This document shows, one piece after another, positions 1 to 13,900 of a stretch of DNA of 64,000 nucleotides (positions within the stretch are counted from its first letter, which is position 1; the number at the start of each line of letters is the position of its first letter). Source of the DNA: Lytechinus pictus (Eukaryota); contig NC_087246.1 of NCBI RefSeq assembly GCF_037042905.1, positions 13,392,001 to 13,456,000 on the forward strand, given 5' to 3'. A program made the translations under genes and the position numbers. The notes beneath the pieces were generated by a model. It worked only from the letters and a program-made list of their open reading frames with translations. It had not been told where the DNA came from and did no database searches.

Positions 1-144
1 GGATCCTTGTGTTGTCCACCAGCCACCTGACCTTGTCCGACGTCTCATAGTTCTCGCATAGGAACTGGATCAGCAGCATCAGCATCTCTCCACCCACAAC
101 CTCGTTGCCATGGATACCAGCAACATACTTCATCTCAGGCTCGC
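1..144 (-). CDS. CPD: Carboxypeptidase D, exon 6 (partial, runs off the window)
   Basis: aaacag| [49 protein letters not shown] second HGNE motif means a second tandem carboxypeptidase domain, which is diagnostic of CPD. Confidence 0.92.
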
Positions 145-1398
145 CTGTTTTGAGGGAAGAGGTTAGAACCTTAGGACATGGTGGGATGTCCTTGGTTAAC
201 ACTCAGGGAAGGGATTGATTTAGAAAAAGGGCAATATATGTATGCCTGGAGGCATTCAGGCAAAAAAGTATTTATACCATATCAGCATAGCTGTACCAAA
301 TTAGGCGATTGCTATATATTCATAAATTTACGAGTCTGAACATGTAAAACAAATCCTCATACAACAAAAAACTAGGTTTAGAGCAATGTTTTGCCAAAGA
401 TCTTGATAACACGTCACCAAAAACATGTGTCTGAATACATGCTGATAATAGAACAGTAAAATTAATTTTAACTTGAGCACCCCTGCTCTATGGATGAGGA
501 CAATGTGTATGGGCAGTGACCAACAAGACAATTTTCTTCTTCTAATCAAAATATGTGTCTCAACATCTTTCAGGCTGCAAAAAAAAAACAATTTTACATG
601 GTATCTGACTTCCTTATGAATTGATTTTTCTTGTATAAACATTTTGTGTCTGAACAAGTTGTATTAAGATTTATACTGAGCATGACTTTACAATGATAGG
701 CTGACGGAATTACTTTTAAGCTGATGAAATGACTGCAACTTGGTTTCTCCACCAAGAGAACAATATAAATTAACATGCAACAACATTCACATGTATTACT
801 AAATGCGGAATAAAACTCATAGCATGCAACATTCAAAGGGGGAATAATGACACAGACACAGTAACACATAAATAACATGAATATTTTGCTCATTCATTCA
901 ATCTATCACCCATCCAGACTCACATTGGTTTGTTACATAAACCAATTTCATCAGCACATCATAAATAATCTTCATTCATGAATATTATTATATTCATTAC
1001 ACTGAATTTATACATACATTCCATGTTAAAAGAAAACATATTAATCCTGTCACTTACATACTGTACACAAATCAGTAATCAATTATTCATATCAAGCAAA
1101 AGCATAATAATGTAATAGCAACATTGTAATAATGAATTATACATACATGTGACAAAATGTGAATATTTAAAAGTGAATATAATTGAATGAAAATTTGAAT
1201 ACATAAAATAGAGGTGTAAAAGTTAACCCATATTAATGATCTTCTTGTGGGTAGCCTTGTGACAAAAGCATTTTCTACCAATAAAAGCTCAAGACATCTC
1301 TATGGTAAATCCTAAGATTGATATTAATATCACTAAGGGCAAACCATGAAATAGTAAGTTATAGTTGAATCTGAAAGTATGATTGCTAAATCCCTCAC

Positions 1399-1575
1399 CT
1401 GGCTCGTGGACACCTGGACGATCTGAGATCTCAATGGCCATGATCTGCCTACCCTGCACAGAGTTTCCTATGGAGTAGAGATGTGTGATGTTGGGGTAGC
1501 GATCTGTAATGTCTGTCAGATCTTCAATCATAGAATCTTGGGTGTGGTGAACTATGGGGACAGGCTCAATGAATC
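1399..1575 (-). CDS. CPD: Carboxypeptidase D, exon 5 (start of M14 domain 2)
   Basis: cccag| FIEPVPIVHHTQDSMIEDLTDITDRYPNITHLYSIGNSVQGRQIMAIEISDRPGVHEPG |gtgag. Confidence 0.92.
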
Positions 1576-2445
1576 CTGGGAAATAAAAAGAGAACATTAA
1601 TCAACCTTACAAGTGTATATACGGGAATATTGTGCAAATTCGCAATTTATCGCAAATCAATTTTAGGTTAAAATAAATCAGTTTGTCTCTTGCAACATAA
1701 ATTATGAATTCAATTTCCTATGCATAAAATGAATCTATCTTCTGTAAATTATGTGAAATACAGTTTGTAATCCATCGAAAACAGTTTCATGCAGCATCAT
1801 TTATATGCATAATTTCAGGTACACCATCATGACAAACCAATATCTTGTTAATTTATTTCATATTTTTGTTTCAAATATATTTTTGATTAAATTTAGAACC
1901 AGCTCAATGCAATGCTTTTGTAAAATCTTTCTTTACAATAAGCCATTTAGACATTGAAAATTTGGTGAGTGCATAAGAGAAAATTTGTATCCTAATATTA
2001 CAAGCCTATTCTGTGTTTGGGAAATGGTTTCATACCAACAAGAAACAAACAGTTATTTCTATTTTGGTTAGGGTCCCGACCAAAATTAATTTTCATATAA
2101 AATCGTAATATATATTCTCATTTCTCATAATCCACACCATACTGTTTTAGGAAGTACATGTTCACAAATTGTAGTAATGAATAAATGAACCAAAATAATG
2201 ATGGACACTTTGGTGCGGGGGGGGGGGGGGGGGGAGGGGTGTCTCCAAAACTTAAGAGAGGCTGTACAAAAGGTTGTTGTATTTAGTAGTGCTTTCCTAG
2301 CAACAATTAATCTAAGCAAATCATATTTTTATTTCATAATCATTATGTTAATATCTAATTACAGAGTTCTCTATAAAGTTGAATACATGAAATTTCAAAT
2401 AGAACCAGAGTATATCTTTAAAAAAATGTTGAAATGCATTCTTAC

Positions 2446-2525
2446 TTGTTTTGGATCTGAGTCTGAAGTCAACTCTGGTGACTTCATCCTCTGTTACTAC
2501 CACATCACGAGACATACTAAAATAT
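2446..2525 (-). CDS. CPD: Carboxypeptidase D, exon 4
   Basis: tttccag| YFSMSRDVVVTEDEVTRVDFRLRSKT |gtaag. Phases are compatible with both neighbouring exons. Confidence 0.85.
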
Positions 2526-3206
2526 CTGGAAAGACAGAATAAAAGGATAAATTTTTTTATATGATATCAACCAGTGCTACATGCCACATCACATACACAG
2601 ATTAAGAGACAAAACATCCCAGGACATCTGTGAACAAAACAAATGTGGTGAAGGAAATAATTTCCTTCCTGATAACATACACACATCATGTAGGCTTCCA
2701 AGACTTATTTCCTCAAACATTTCAAAGTTCATACCAAGAATGAACTGCTGAAAATAAAGTTATAGCATATTTAAATTCAATAATACAAAATAATTCAAGT
2801 TTTTATTCTTAAAAAATTTACCATTCTACATAATTTGCGAAATCTTGAGGCAGACGTAGACCGCAGCACATGCAAAGCATGGTGGATCTGCAACCGACTT
2901 GGTACATTAAATATTCTAAACATGTATTAGGGCTGTGTTCGATGCTGATTATCAAATTTTAACAGCAACATGAATCATGATACAAAATGCAATTACAAAA
3001 AAATTAACATTGAGCAGACCTTTACAGAGGGAGAAACATATTGAATACAATAATCAACATCAAGTCAAGGCATAATCACAATTCCAGCTTTGAAACTAAA
3101 TGTACCAAGGTTAAACATTCTGAAATTTACATTGAAAGCAGGTCTACATAAAGCATTAGAGGATCAAAAAATATTAAACAAACATTCCTGGAGAGACCTG
3201 ACCTAC

Positions 3207-3376
3207 CCTTCAGCCTTGACAGTGATATTATAGGTATCTGGTAGAAGCAGTCGCCAGTAGTTACCATACTGCACCGATACAACATCATGGTTGATACCTT
3301 GGACTGAGATGGTTGCTCCTTCTATACCAGACCCATCAAAACTATCCAAAACAGACCCTTTCACACCAATATGAAC
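3207..3376 (-). CDS. CPD: Carboxypeptidase D, exon 3 (transthyretin-like subdomain)
   Basis: ttag| VHIGVKGSVLDSFDGSGIEGATISVQGINHDVVSVQYGNYWRLLLPDTYNITVKAEG |gtag. Follows a ~10.4-kb intron. Confidence 0.92.
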
Positions 3377-6061
3377 CTAAATGGATAAATACAAAAAAAC
3401 ACTGTTAATTGACGGAGATAACCAATGCTTATCGGTAAATTGTAATTTTTATGGTTTTAACATTTTGATGAATCTTCACGACATCAGAAAAAAAAATCCA
3501 CTTCTTTACATAAAGTGTCCTCAGGCCAGGAATTATACAATAATATTTGGTATCACTAAATTGCCATTTCTATAAACATATCAGGTACATGTATCATTAA
3601 ATGTTTATAGCCTACCAGAGAAGATACTCATACATGTATGTACGGACACTTCCTAAAAATCAAACCAGTTAAGAATTTAAATGTGCAGTACTACTTATAA
3701 AAAAATACAACAATAAACTCTGCCAAAGTGATTCACTGATTCCTCTGTGCTACATTGTTATCCAAATATAATACAATAAAAGTAAAAGAGTAATGACATT
3801 AAACATTAAACTACTCCACATGTGTACAAGAGGTATTTTATACTAACTCATAAAGGTCCAGCACTCAATATTTACTTCTCTCTTCTTCCTTTTACGAGCA
3901 TGTTTACTCTTTTCTTTTGGCCTGAACACTGGGAAAAATAACCAGCGAATATAAATGGCAAACTAGCGGGGGGGGGGGGGGGGGGCAGGCTTGAAAATGA
4001 ATTTTCGTTATAATTCATTTTTTAACATATCAATTATCATCAGCTGCTAGGGTAATTAGTATATCAAGTTAATGTTCAGGAGCATTAAAAAAAAAAAAAA
4101 ATTGGCTCTCTTATTTTATTTCTTGAACCATAGCTTCCCATAGTTTGTGCTCCCATAGTTGGGCAATTGTTTTGAGGTAATATTTGCTGGTGCTTGGCTG
4201 GCTAGCAATTCATATTCTGCAGAACAAACACTAAGATAAGTGAGTTTCACCAGTTCACATTCCAATGTTGTCAAATCCATCTCATGCACATTTTTCAATC
4301 TATTTTGTAAAATTTACAAACAAACGCTAAGTTTCATCAAAGTTCATTCATTCATAACATGCAGGTACATGTACATGTACATGTAGCTGTATCTCCTTGT
4401 TGCTGAACTTTCAAAAAAACTTGGACAAAGCCTAGTGTGTGACTAAAACTCGTGGTGGGTGTCTCGTCAAACAAACTGGTAAAGTCAGTCTTAATTTAAT
4501 CAAGGGATTGAAGATGGAAAATTGTTAAAGTGAATCAGTTGGAAATTCATATGGTTAAAAATTGAAAGTTGATTTGAGGCTTGAAAAAATGTATTATTAA
4601 ATTTTCTGATGAAAGTCAGTATTCATTAATTGGATGGATATTTTCTACAATTACATGAAGTTCAAAGCTCCATACTTTTAGTGTTATCTATATATTGTGC
4701 TCCATATTTATTTTCATTCCATATTCCCTCCCATATCATCAATTACATTCCATTCCATGGCAAACCAAAAATATGAATTTAATGTAAAATTTGTCTTTAA
4801 AAGTCTTACAATCACCGGTTGCCTTTACTTTGTAGAGCAGGATTACTGTGCAGTTACTGTACCTTCAAATAATTTGAAGAAGGGACATTTTTCATTGACT
4901 GAGGCATTCCATCTAATTTTGTGGGAAATTACGCCAACTGTGAATTGTACCCATACATGACCTATTCTGGAAATCAAATCAAGAACTTTACCTTTCATCA
5001 GCAGAAAGGGTACCAAGAAAAGGCCAATGTACTCCAAAAGTGATCTTATACATGTAGAAATTATAATGCAGGTTCACATAGACCGTGGAATGGATTTTAC
5101 AGAATCCAACAAAATGACTACCAAGGGTGTTGTACCAATTCATTCATGGTAGAATACTGTAATTGCTAAAAAAATTAATAAAATTCATTCTGCCACCAGA
5201 TGGGCATTTTTCCAAGGGTACAGTAAATCAGGTGCATGTTTATGCATATCTGTCTTTGTATTTTTATTCTCAGCATTATCATTTCATTATTATGCACTTT
5301 TTTTTATTTTTTTAATTTTAATTTCATTAATATTTTGTTTAACTTTAGCTCAAAGCAGTATGGTATCGTGAAAAGAATGTATCATCGATTATCAAAAATA
5401 CACAATACTAGACACTTCACAGTCAGCTGCACAGTAGGCAGGCATACATAGTTTGGTTTATCAAGACAGGGGGTATGCATCTAGAGCATCTATTAATAAA
5501 ATGATTTGATTTATAACAGCTGACAGTGAAAATACAGTACCCTTCTCTGTTGGATAAAAACGCAACTTAGAAAACATTTATCATATCCTCATGGAAATTT
5601 CTAAATCCACAAAGCTAAAGGCATGATATGTGTCTGAAAGTGACAAGGACATCACTTGATTCAGAGTCAAGAGACTTGCCAAATCAAACTCAATATTAAA
5701 GCCAATTTTGATACAAATTTTAAAACATACCCTAATAATTGGGAGTAGTTTCAATTTGCTTGAAAACTGGCAACTCATTGAAATGGTATATCATACATTA
5801 TATTTTCATAGGTTACGACTTATGGGTTAACAAAAGCACACCAAATCAAATTGAAATGATTTAAAATAAACTACTAGTATTTTCTTACATGATGACAATA
5901 TTTTGTTGTACAATCACCGGAACAAACACACAATTCTTTCCTGGGAATGATTACATGTACATTGTATGTTCAATCTTAATGACATGCAATGCATAGTACT
6001 CTGCACTTTTCCTTGCTGGTTGGGAAAAGCTTTATGGATTTGAGCAAAACTCTCCACATAT

Positions 6062-6380
6062 AAGGGCCGTCTACACCATCCCAAGTTTTCAAATTAGCGC
6101 GCTATTTCTGATCCGGCAAATTATCCCGATCTGAACAATCTCGAGATTATTTGCAATGGAGACGCAATTATCGCGCTAGTTCGTAGGATTAATCTTGAGA
6201 TTGCAATCCCAAGTCAACTTGGGATTATTTGTAAAATAGCGCGCGCGCTATTTTACGAATTATCGCACTAATTCGTAGGTGCAGACGCTCTCGGGATTAT
6301 TTATTCACGGCGTCAGACCATAATACATCCATGCCTCGCTCGAGCAGGAATCGCTCTTCTTGCGATGGTGGAGACGGGGT
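6062..6380. mobile_element. Small inverted-repeat element (MITE-like)
   Basis: ccgtctacaccatc near 6067 pairs with gatggtggagacgg near 6364. CpG-rich interior with short repeats. Confidence 0.45.
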
Positions 6381-6439
6381 TTCTTGAATCTCGAGATTAA
6401 TCGTGAAGAGTAGGCTTTCTTATCAGCTTCTATACAAAA

Positions 6440-7616
6440 ACAAGTGGAACGCCTCTGGCAGTCTCGCCTGCATTACGCAATTTAATATAGCAGCAGTGCT
6501 AACTTTGAAAACTACTATAAAATAATCATTCACAAAAACATCATTCATATAATGACATAATACCACGTTCATTGACCATAAATGACATTTGAACGGAGAC
6601 TTAAGACTGTCAACTACACCCATGTCCACATTTCATTCACTCTATCCATAAACTTTCAAAGTTATGATGGCACTTCAACAATTACCCCAACATGGCCTAA
6701 GTTTATTGACCTTAACTGACCTTTGACTTGGTTTTGTGACCTGAAACTCACAGGGGATGTCCAGCGATGCTTGATTACTCTTATATCCCAAGTTTTATGA
6801 ACTAGATCCATAAACTTTCACAGTTAGGATGGTAATTCAACAAATACCCCCAACACGGCCAAAGTTCATTGACCTTTAATGACCTTTGACCATGGTCATG
6901 TGACCTGAAACTCATACAGGATGTTCAGTGATACTTGATTACTCTTATGTCCAAGTTTTATGAACTAGATCCATAAACTTTCAGAGCTAGGATGGTAATT
7001 TAACATATACCCCCAACACGGCCAAAGTTCATTGACCTTAAATGACCATTGACCATGGTCATGTGACCTGAAACTCGCACAGGATATTCAGTGGTACTTG
7101 ATTAACCTAATGTCCAAGTTTCATGAACTAAATCCATAAATTTTCAAAGTTATGATAGTAATTCAACAAATACCCCCAACTTGACCAAAGTTCATTGACC
7201 CTAAATGACCTTTGACCTTGGTCACGTGACCTGAAACTCGAGCAGGATGTTCACTAATACTTGATTAACCTTATACCCAAGTTTCATGAACTAGGTCTAT
7301 ATACTTTCTAAGTTATGATGTCATTTCAAAAACTTAACCTTCGGTTAAGATTTTGAAAATAATTTTCCCAACATGGTCTAAGTTCATTGACCCTAAATGA
7401 CCTTTGACCTTGGTCATGTGACCTGAAACTCAAGCAGGATGTGCAGTAATACTTGATTAACCTTATGTCCAAGTTTCATGAACTAGGTCCATATACTTTC
7501 TAAGTTATGATGTCATTTCAAAAACTTAACCTTAGGTTAAGATTTGATGTTGACGCCGCCGCCGCCGTCGGAAAAGCGGCGCCTAATAGTCTCGCTCTGC
7601 TATGCAGGCGAGACAA
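6440..7616 (+). mobile_element. HINE/pearl-like (Helentron-associated) non-autonomous element with an internal ~163-bp tandem array
   Basis: Subterminal inverted repeat gtctcgcctgcat (6461) / atgcaggcgagac (7602), 3' GC-rich hairpins, and ~6 internal units containing tgacctttgacc. Confidence 0.7.
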
Positions 7617-8527
7617 TGAAAGTGATCAGATTTCCCCAAAATAGGAAAGTCAGGTACAAATTTCAGGGAGAGTCTGTTTCGTATTCTCAAACAGGATTGA
7701 TAAATTATGCAAGTCTTACATGTACTTCACTGAAAATACTTGTAAAACAGCTAATCTTTCTGAGTATTTTATTTTATATACAGTTGAGGTCAAAAGCTTT
7801 CATACACCAATAGAATTCAGTGAAATTTGTTCAATTGCCAAACATCGTAAAATTTACTATATCTTCAGAAATATAAATACTTTACATGACGAATTTGGTA
7901 TTAAATGAAAGAGCGTATACATTTAAAGCTCTTTCATATGATTGGGATGCCGTTGGGATTAAATTATATTTCAGGCGGAATTTTCTTTGATGAAAAAAAA
8001 GTAATATTCATCCTAAATGTATTATATTGTTTGTTATTATATTTTCAAACATTGTTTCATAGAAATATATAAATGTCAAATCTATGATTCATATTACATT
8101 TTCTATCATATGTCACCACTGAACAAAAAAATGTAATAAGAAATGTTTGTATTTCGAAGAAACTAGCACAAATATGAAATGTTTTTGTCAAGTTTTTATT
8201 TTTAATTTGTCTAAAATATGAAGAGATTTTGGGAAAAAGGACACCAAAATATTTTTTTGTCAATTTTGTTTTTGATTTTCCTGGATGTATGTAAACTTCT
8301 GGCCTCAACTGAAGATGTAGTCTAGTTTACATCTTGTTTTTTACTTTGAAGTGTTCAGTAATTTGTTTCATAAAAGGTCTCTGTTGCAATCATGACCAGG
8401 TAAAAATATGAAAAGGACAAGTAACATGTTCACAATTTTTTTCTTGAGATGTAGCCAGTTGGCTGCAATGCAGGAGTTCCATGAATTATCTTGACAGAAT
8501 TCCAAAAAGTTGTCAAACATAACACAA

Positions 8528-9180
8528 ACAAGTGGAGCGCCTCTGGCAGTCTCACCTGCATTACGCGATTCAATACAGCAGTGCTCAGTGCTGACTTTAA
8601 AAACTACTATAAAATCATAATTCACAAAAAACACCATTCATAATGATGATGATACAATACTATGTACATTGACCCTAAATGATATTTGACCATGATCATG
8701 TTACCTAAGACTTGTCAGTGATACTTGATTACCCCTATGTCCACATTTCATAAACTATATCCATAAACTTTGAAAGTTATGACAGCAATTTGATAATTAC
8801 CTCAAACATGGCCAAAGTTCATTGACCTTAAATGACCTTTGTCATTTGACCTAAAATTTCCACAGGATGTTCAGTGATACTTGATTACTCTTGTGTCTAA
8901 GTTTTATGAATCAGATCAAAAACTTTCGAGGTTATGATGGTAATTGTAACAAATACCCCCAACTTGGTAAAAGTTCATTGACCTTAAATGACCTTTGACC
9001 TCGGTCATGTGACCTGAAACTCAGGCAGGATGTTCAGTAATACTTGATTAACCTTATGTCCAAGTTTCATGAACTAGGTTTCAAAAACTTAACCTTCGGT
9101 TAAGATTTGATGTTGACACCGCCGCCGAAGACGGAAAAGCGGCGCCTATAGTCTCACTCTGCTATGATGCAGGTGAGACT
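8528..9180 (+). mobile_element. Second copy of the HINE-like element (~3 internal units)
   Basis: Same 5' end (acaagtggagcgcctctggcagtctcacctgcatt) and 3' end (gcggcgcctatagtctcactctgctatgatgcaggtgagac). Confidence 0.7.
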
Positions 9181-12100
9181 AAAAACTCTCTTTGCTGCTC
9201 AAAAATTAAAATTCTTTAAATGCTATTGCTGTTTGAAAAGATCTCTTGACGAATTAAAATGTAGTGTTAATAGGCGTTACAGCTAGGTACAGTACAACTG
9301 TATTTTAAGACAGACAGAAAACAATGATAGCTTATCAAGCTACATGTAAATTATGTAAAAGTCAAGAAAACATTAAATAAGAGTTAAGACAATAGAAAAA
9401 AGTATGAAGACTCTGTCACTTCACTTTGAAGGCCATTCTCACACTTATAAATTTAGCCATTGCATATACATGTATAAGAAAGGTATTTCCTGAAGTTTTT
9501 TTCCCATTGCTTGTACAGCTGTTTTTTTTATTTTAGGGGGGGGGGGGAGCAGGGGATACCCTTCTTTTTCTATGACCTTTTTTTCAATTTTGAAATTTAC
9601 ATCCCATAGATCAGATTTTAGATTGTTTCTTTACAAAGTTCTATAATACTCCTTCACTTTATCTGAAAATTAATTCAAACGTAAAAAGTAATTTAGGTTT
9701 ACCAATACTGCATTTTATCATGAGATTACAAATATGAGGAAAAAAAAACAGAAGCATATTGTTTTCAATATCAATTCACTGCTAAAAGTTATCTAGAGTT
9801 CTTGAATTTGTCTTGTTCCATTTTTATAACATGCACTCAGCAGTAGTACTCGGTCAAGTATGTGTACTTTCCAATATCAAACAGTGTCAGCAATTTTGCG
9901 GTTTCCACTCGATTTAGATCAGTGCTGTGAGCATAAATGGCTGTGGCTTTTGGATGATATCAAATATTCTTACGTGATTCCTGCTCCTGTGTTTGCTTAT
10001 CACTAGACACACCTGTCCACACTCCACGGAAGAGGTTTATATTGTACCAACATAAAACATAATAAAAGTGAACCACAGCTTCCAGTATTACATGCCATGA
10101 CCAAACTGTAGAATTTACCTGTCCCTTGTATTAATTAGATCAATTGGGAAATTTGGCAAGATTCACATTTGTAATTTCCAAAATGAATGATTTCATAAAC
10201 ATGTGTTATGTTTATTCTGTAATGACGACAACAACAATAACAAATTAATTCACCTTTAATAATGATAACGATGCATTTTTAGGGAGAGGAAGTGGTGCAT
10301 CAGGAACATTCTTACACTGCCAGAAGGAAATTTGAGAAAAGATTTTAAAATATCATCTCATTTTTTTTCAAATACACGTAACTTGAGAGTTTGACTGGCA
10401 AAATCAGGCCTACAGTATGATTTTTAAAGTCAAGCTGGAGTTAGTATAAGGCAACATCTATCCCAGGCTATCCCAGCAGCCAGTGTAGTTAAATTACAGG
10501 AAAAAATAATAAAATTTTATTAAACCTGATGACATTTTAGAATTTAGCTTACGTCACTGAATGCAATTTTCCCAAACAGTATACGCCCATATTAAGTGGT
10601 TTACAAGAAAAGGAGGGAATCAACAGTATTTTTATTACCCACCGATTCACCTTTTCTCTTGCCTTTTATCTTATAAAATAAAAATATATTTATTTCCCTT
10701 TTTACTCATAATCATAGTGAAATATGGTTTGAATGTGCCTGCAAATTACATGAAGTTGAACATACATGTACATGTAGGCCTACGTGTATAATTGCCCTTT
10801 AATGGATTAGGTGTATAAAAAACAAGCTTGTGGAAAGAGCTAATTAATCAGTTATTTAATCAGACATTGCCATGGAGATTGCCATTTTCCACTTTCAGCA
10901 AAAATCATAAAATTGAGATGTATAGTCCTTCAGCTGCTTTGATAATGCAATAAAGCTAATGGTCACAGCAGTCAGACAGTAAATCTTGTATACACAGCGG
11001 ACATGTATGTGCATTATGTACATCAACATCTCCTAAATTTGATTTAATTTTAGATTTTAAATGAGACATAATTATTTTTTCTTCATCTTCGTATGTTTCA
11101 TGCTGACCAAGTTTTTGATTAATATTATGGAGACTGATATAAGTGCCCAAAATGGCCTTTAAAACAATTCAGGGTATGAGAGAGTAATCCTTTTCAATAA
11201 TGATAAACATGAACACCATCTAGCTGTCTTTACCAAAATTTGGCTACAATATGATTTGATTTCAAAATAAAAACAACCTTTTATTTGGTAGCTAGATTTG
11301 CTGATCACTAAAGTCATGACAAATTAATTTCACACTCTCCAAACTAATTGAAAATGCAAACATTCTATACAAATTACAATCAACCTTCGATTGAGTCAAC
11401 ATGCAACAAATGGCCTACTGAAATAATAACAGCTGTGAGTACTGAAATAATTATGAATTCATATGAAAGATAGCATCTTGCCCTATTCATTACATGTCCT
11501 GGTCTTACGTTCAGAAAACAAACATGTAGTTCATGCCTTCATTTCATGGCCATTTGTAAAACCCAACACAGTTTATTGTTCAGTTGTTTAAAAAAAAGAA
11601 ACAAAAACATTATGTTAGCAGAATACATGATCTTGCATTTTGTCTCACTGTGCTTTTGATTGAAGTTCATGGTACAGGAGGCTTATCATTATTATTATTT
11701 TGGGGGATATGATAAAAAGGACTACTTTCTCTCTTCTGTTTGTGTAAAATGAGACTTCAGACATACCAATTAACAAAAATAGATTCAATTAATTTTTATT
11801 ATCAAATTCTACTAATAATGAATACATGCACATATGAGTGTGACAATCAATTCTTTCATAAATTTGCATAAATAATTTGAATTTTGCTTTCTTGGAAATA
11901 GTATTGTAACTATTTGGCTAGTTTTTTTTTTACATGAAAGTCAAGATGAATTTTGGTCATCTAAAGGGAATTATCTTGGACTTGCCCCTATCAATATTTC
12001 ATGAAACAATTAGTGATTTTTACTGCTCACTGTAAAAACCATTGCATCTAATTGGCTCTGAGTGAATTTGTCAGTAAAAATTACTAGTTCAGAGCCAATA

Positions 12101-12661
12101 TGCATCATGAAACACTTCCTTAACACAATCATAATATGCCATCAACATATTAGAACACAAATTATTTATTCAAGCTTCCATAAAACTCAGAAGTGCTTTT
12201 ATATTCAAGCCACATTCAAGTCACAAAGCCAAAAATAGGATTTTGCCACACTTAAGTACAGACTTCCTGGTGAATGGTGACAAAATACAACCATCTTTTC
12301 CTTGAATTTTTGTTCAAACATTAATGCTACTTAAAAAGAAAGAAAGAAAAAACGGCTCCCATTTCCTTATCATTCCCTGCACAATGCAATTTCCAGACAA
12401 TACACAATGCATCAGTGAACTCAGTGCCTTACTGCCTTTTAAGACAGAGTTTCTTTGTATTGTTGAAAGACATGTATACTAATGATACTACTTCTTGTGC
12501 TCAATCAGGAGTAGATTTTTTTAATGCTATTTACACCTGATTAGCATAAAAAATCTGTTGAAATGCAAATTTCTGCAAATCTCTCTGATAATTGTGATTT
12601 ATAAGAGGGAAAAGGGTAAAGCCTTATGGTGAAAAGTATGTACATGTAGCTAATAATATGA

Positions 12662-13047
12662 ACAAATGCAGATATACCAGTATCTGGCAGTCTCACCTAC
12701 ATATACACGATTCATTATAGCAGCAGTGATAACTTTGAAAACAACTTAACTTTTTTTTTAAACATGAATAATTTTTCACAAAAACACCATTCATTTGATA
12801 ATAAAATATTAAGTTTGTTGACCTCAAATGACCATTGTCCTCAATCATACGACTGAAATTCAGGAAAGAAGATCAGTAATATAAATACCCTTATGTCCAA
12901 GTTAGGTCCTTAGGTCCATATACATATTCTTTTTAAGTTATGATGACATTTCAAACCTTAACCTTGGTTAAGATTTCAATGTTGATGCCACAGCAATTGG
13001 AAGAGCATCGCCTACAATCCCCTACATGTAGGCGATGCAGGCGATAT
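12662..13047 (+). mobile_element. Third, degenerate copy of the HINE-like element
   Basis: tctggcagtctcacctacat...cagcagtgataactttgaaa...ccttggttaagatt...atgcaggcga. Confidence 0.55.
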
Positions 13048-13364
13048 AAAAATGGAATGTTGAAAAATACAAAACAAACGACTTACATTCTAAATATGGG
13101 AGTAAAATACATGTACATACAGTACATTGTAAATATGAGACAAAAACGTTCCTGTACCACTACCAGGTTACTACGTACATGTACGCACTCTTCATTTATC
13201 TTCAAACTCTTTTAAAGAATAATTGGTTTACAAAGTTATTCTGTGACTGACAAGGAAAAAGGAAGGTGATGAGATGTTCTGCATTCTGTGAAAAAAACTG
13301 CTTTTTAATGTCGGACTGGTCTGTATTAGGCAATAGATCTAATTCAAACCTGTATATTAATATA

Positions 13365-13510
13365 ATATTGACTGGCCTTGAGGGGAACATCAAATATGTC
13401 GCCCACAACAGAATCACATTGGCCTGAGTCTTTAGACGAGGGCAATATGGTTCTCTTAAGGGCGACATATTTGATGTTTCCCGAAAGATTGAAAGTAGCC
13501 AACGAAATAT
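13365..13510. mobile_element. Short palindromic MITE
   Basis: ggaacatcaaatatgtcgccc pairs with gggcgacatatttgatgtttcc. Confidence 0.6.
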
Positions 13511-13757
13511 TACTTTTATTCATCTACTAAAATGCCTAGTATACATGTAGGTAATAATGCAATATATTATATTTATATGGGTACCTACAAATCTGTAAAT
13601 TTTCTCATCTTCCTAATGCTTACTGGACATTAGCACCATGCTCTAATTTAACCAACAAGCTTTCTTTTCCCTCTTCTCCTTCCTTTTCGTCTTCTTTTCA
13701 TCACTTTAAAAAACTGAAAGGGGGTACAGTTGCACTTTCTCCCCTGGTGTAACTCAC

Positions 13758-13900
13758 CATTTCCATATATGCCAGAAGAGCTGGTCTGTTGTCTTCCCAT
13801 TCCTGTTTAAGTTGACTAACGTGAGGATATTTGCAGCAGGACAGTTCAATTGTGATCTCAAAACAGTTGCTGTTCATATAGTTGAAATCCTGCATCCCAC
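13758..13900 (-). CDS. CPD: Carboxypeptidase D, exon 2
   Basis: attcaag| GGMQDFNYMNSNCFEITIELSCCKYP...LLAYMEM |gtgag. Contains the catalytic Glu region, and its phase matches exon 1. Confidence 0.93.
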
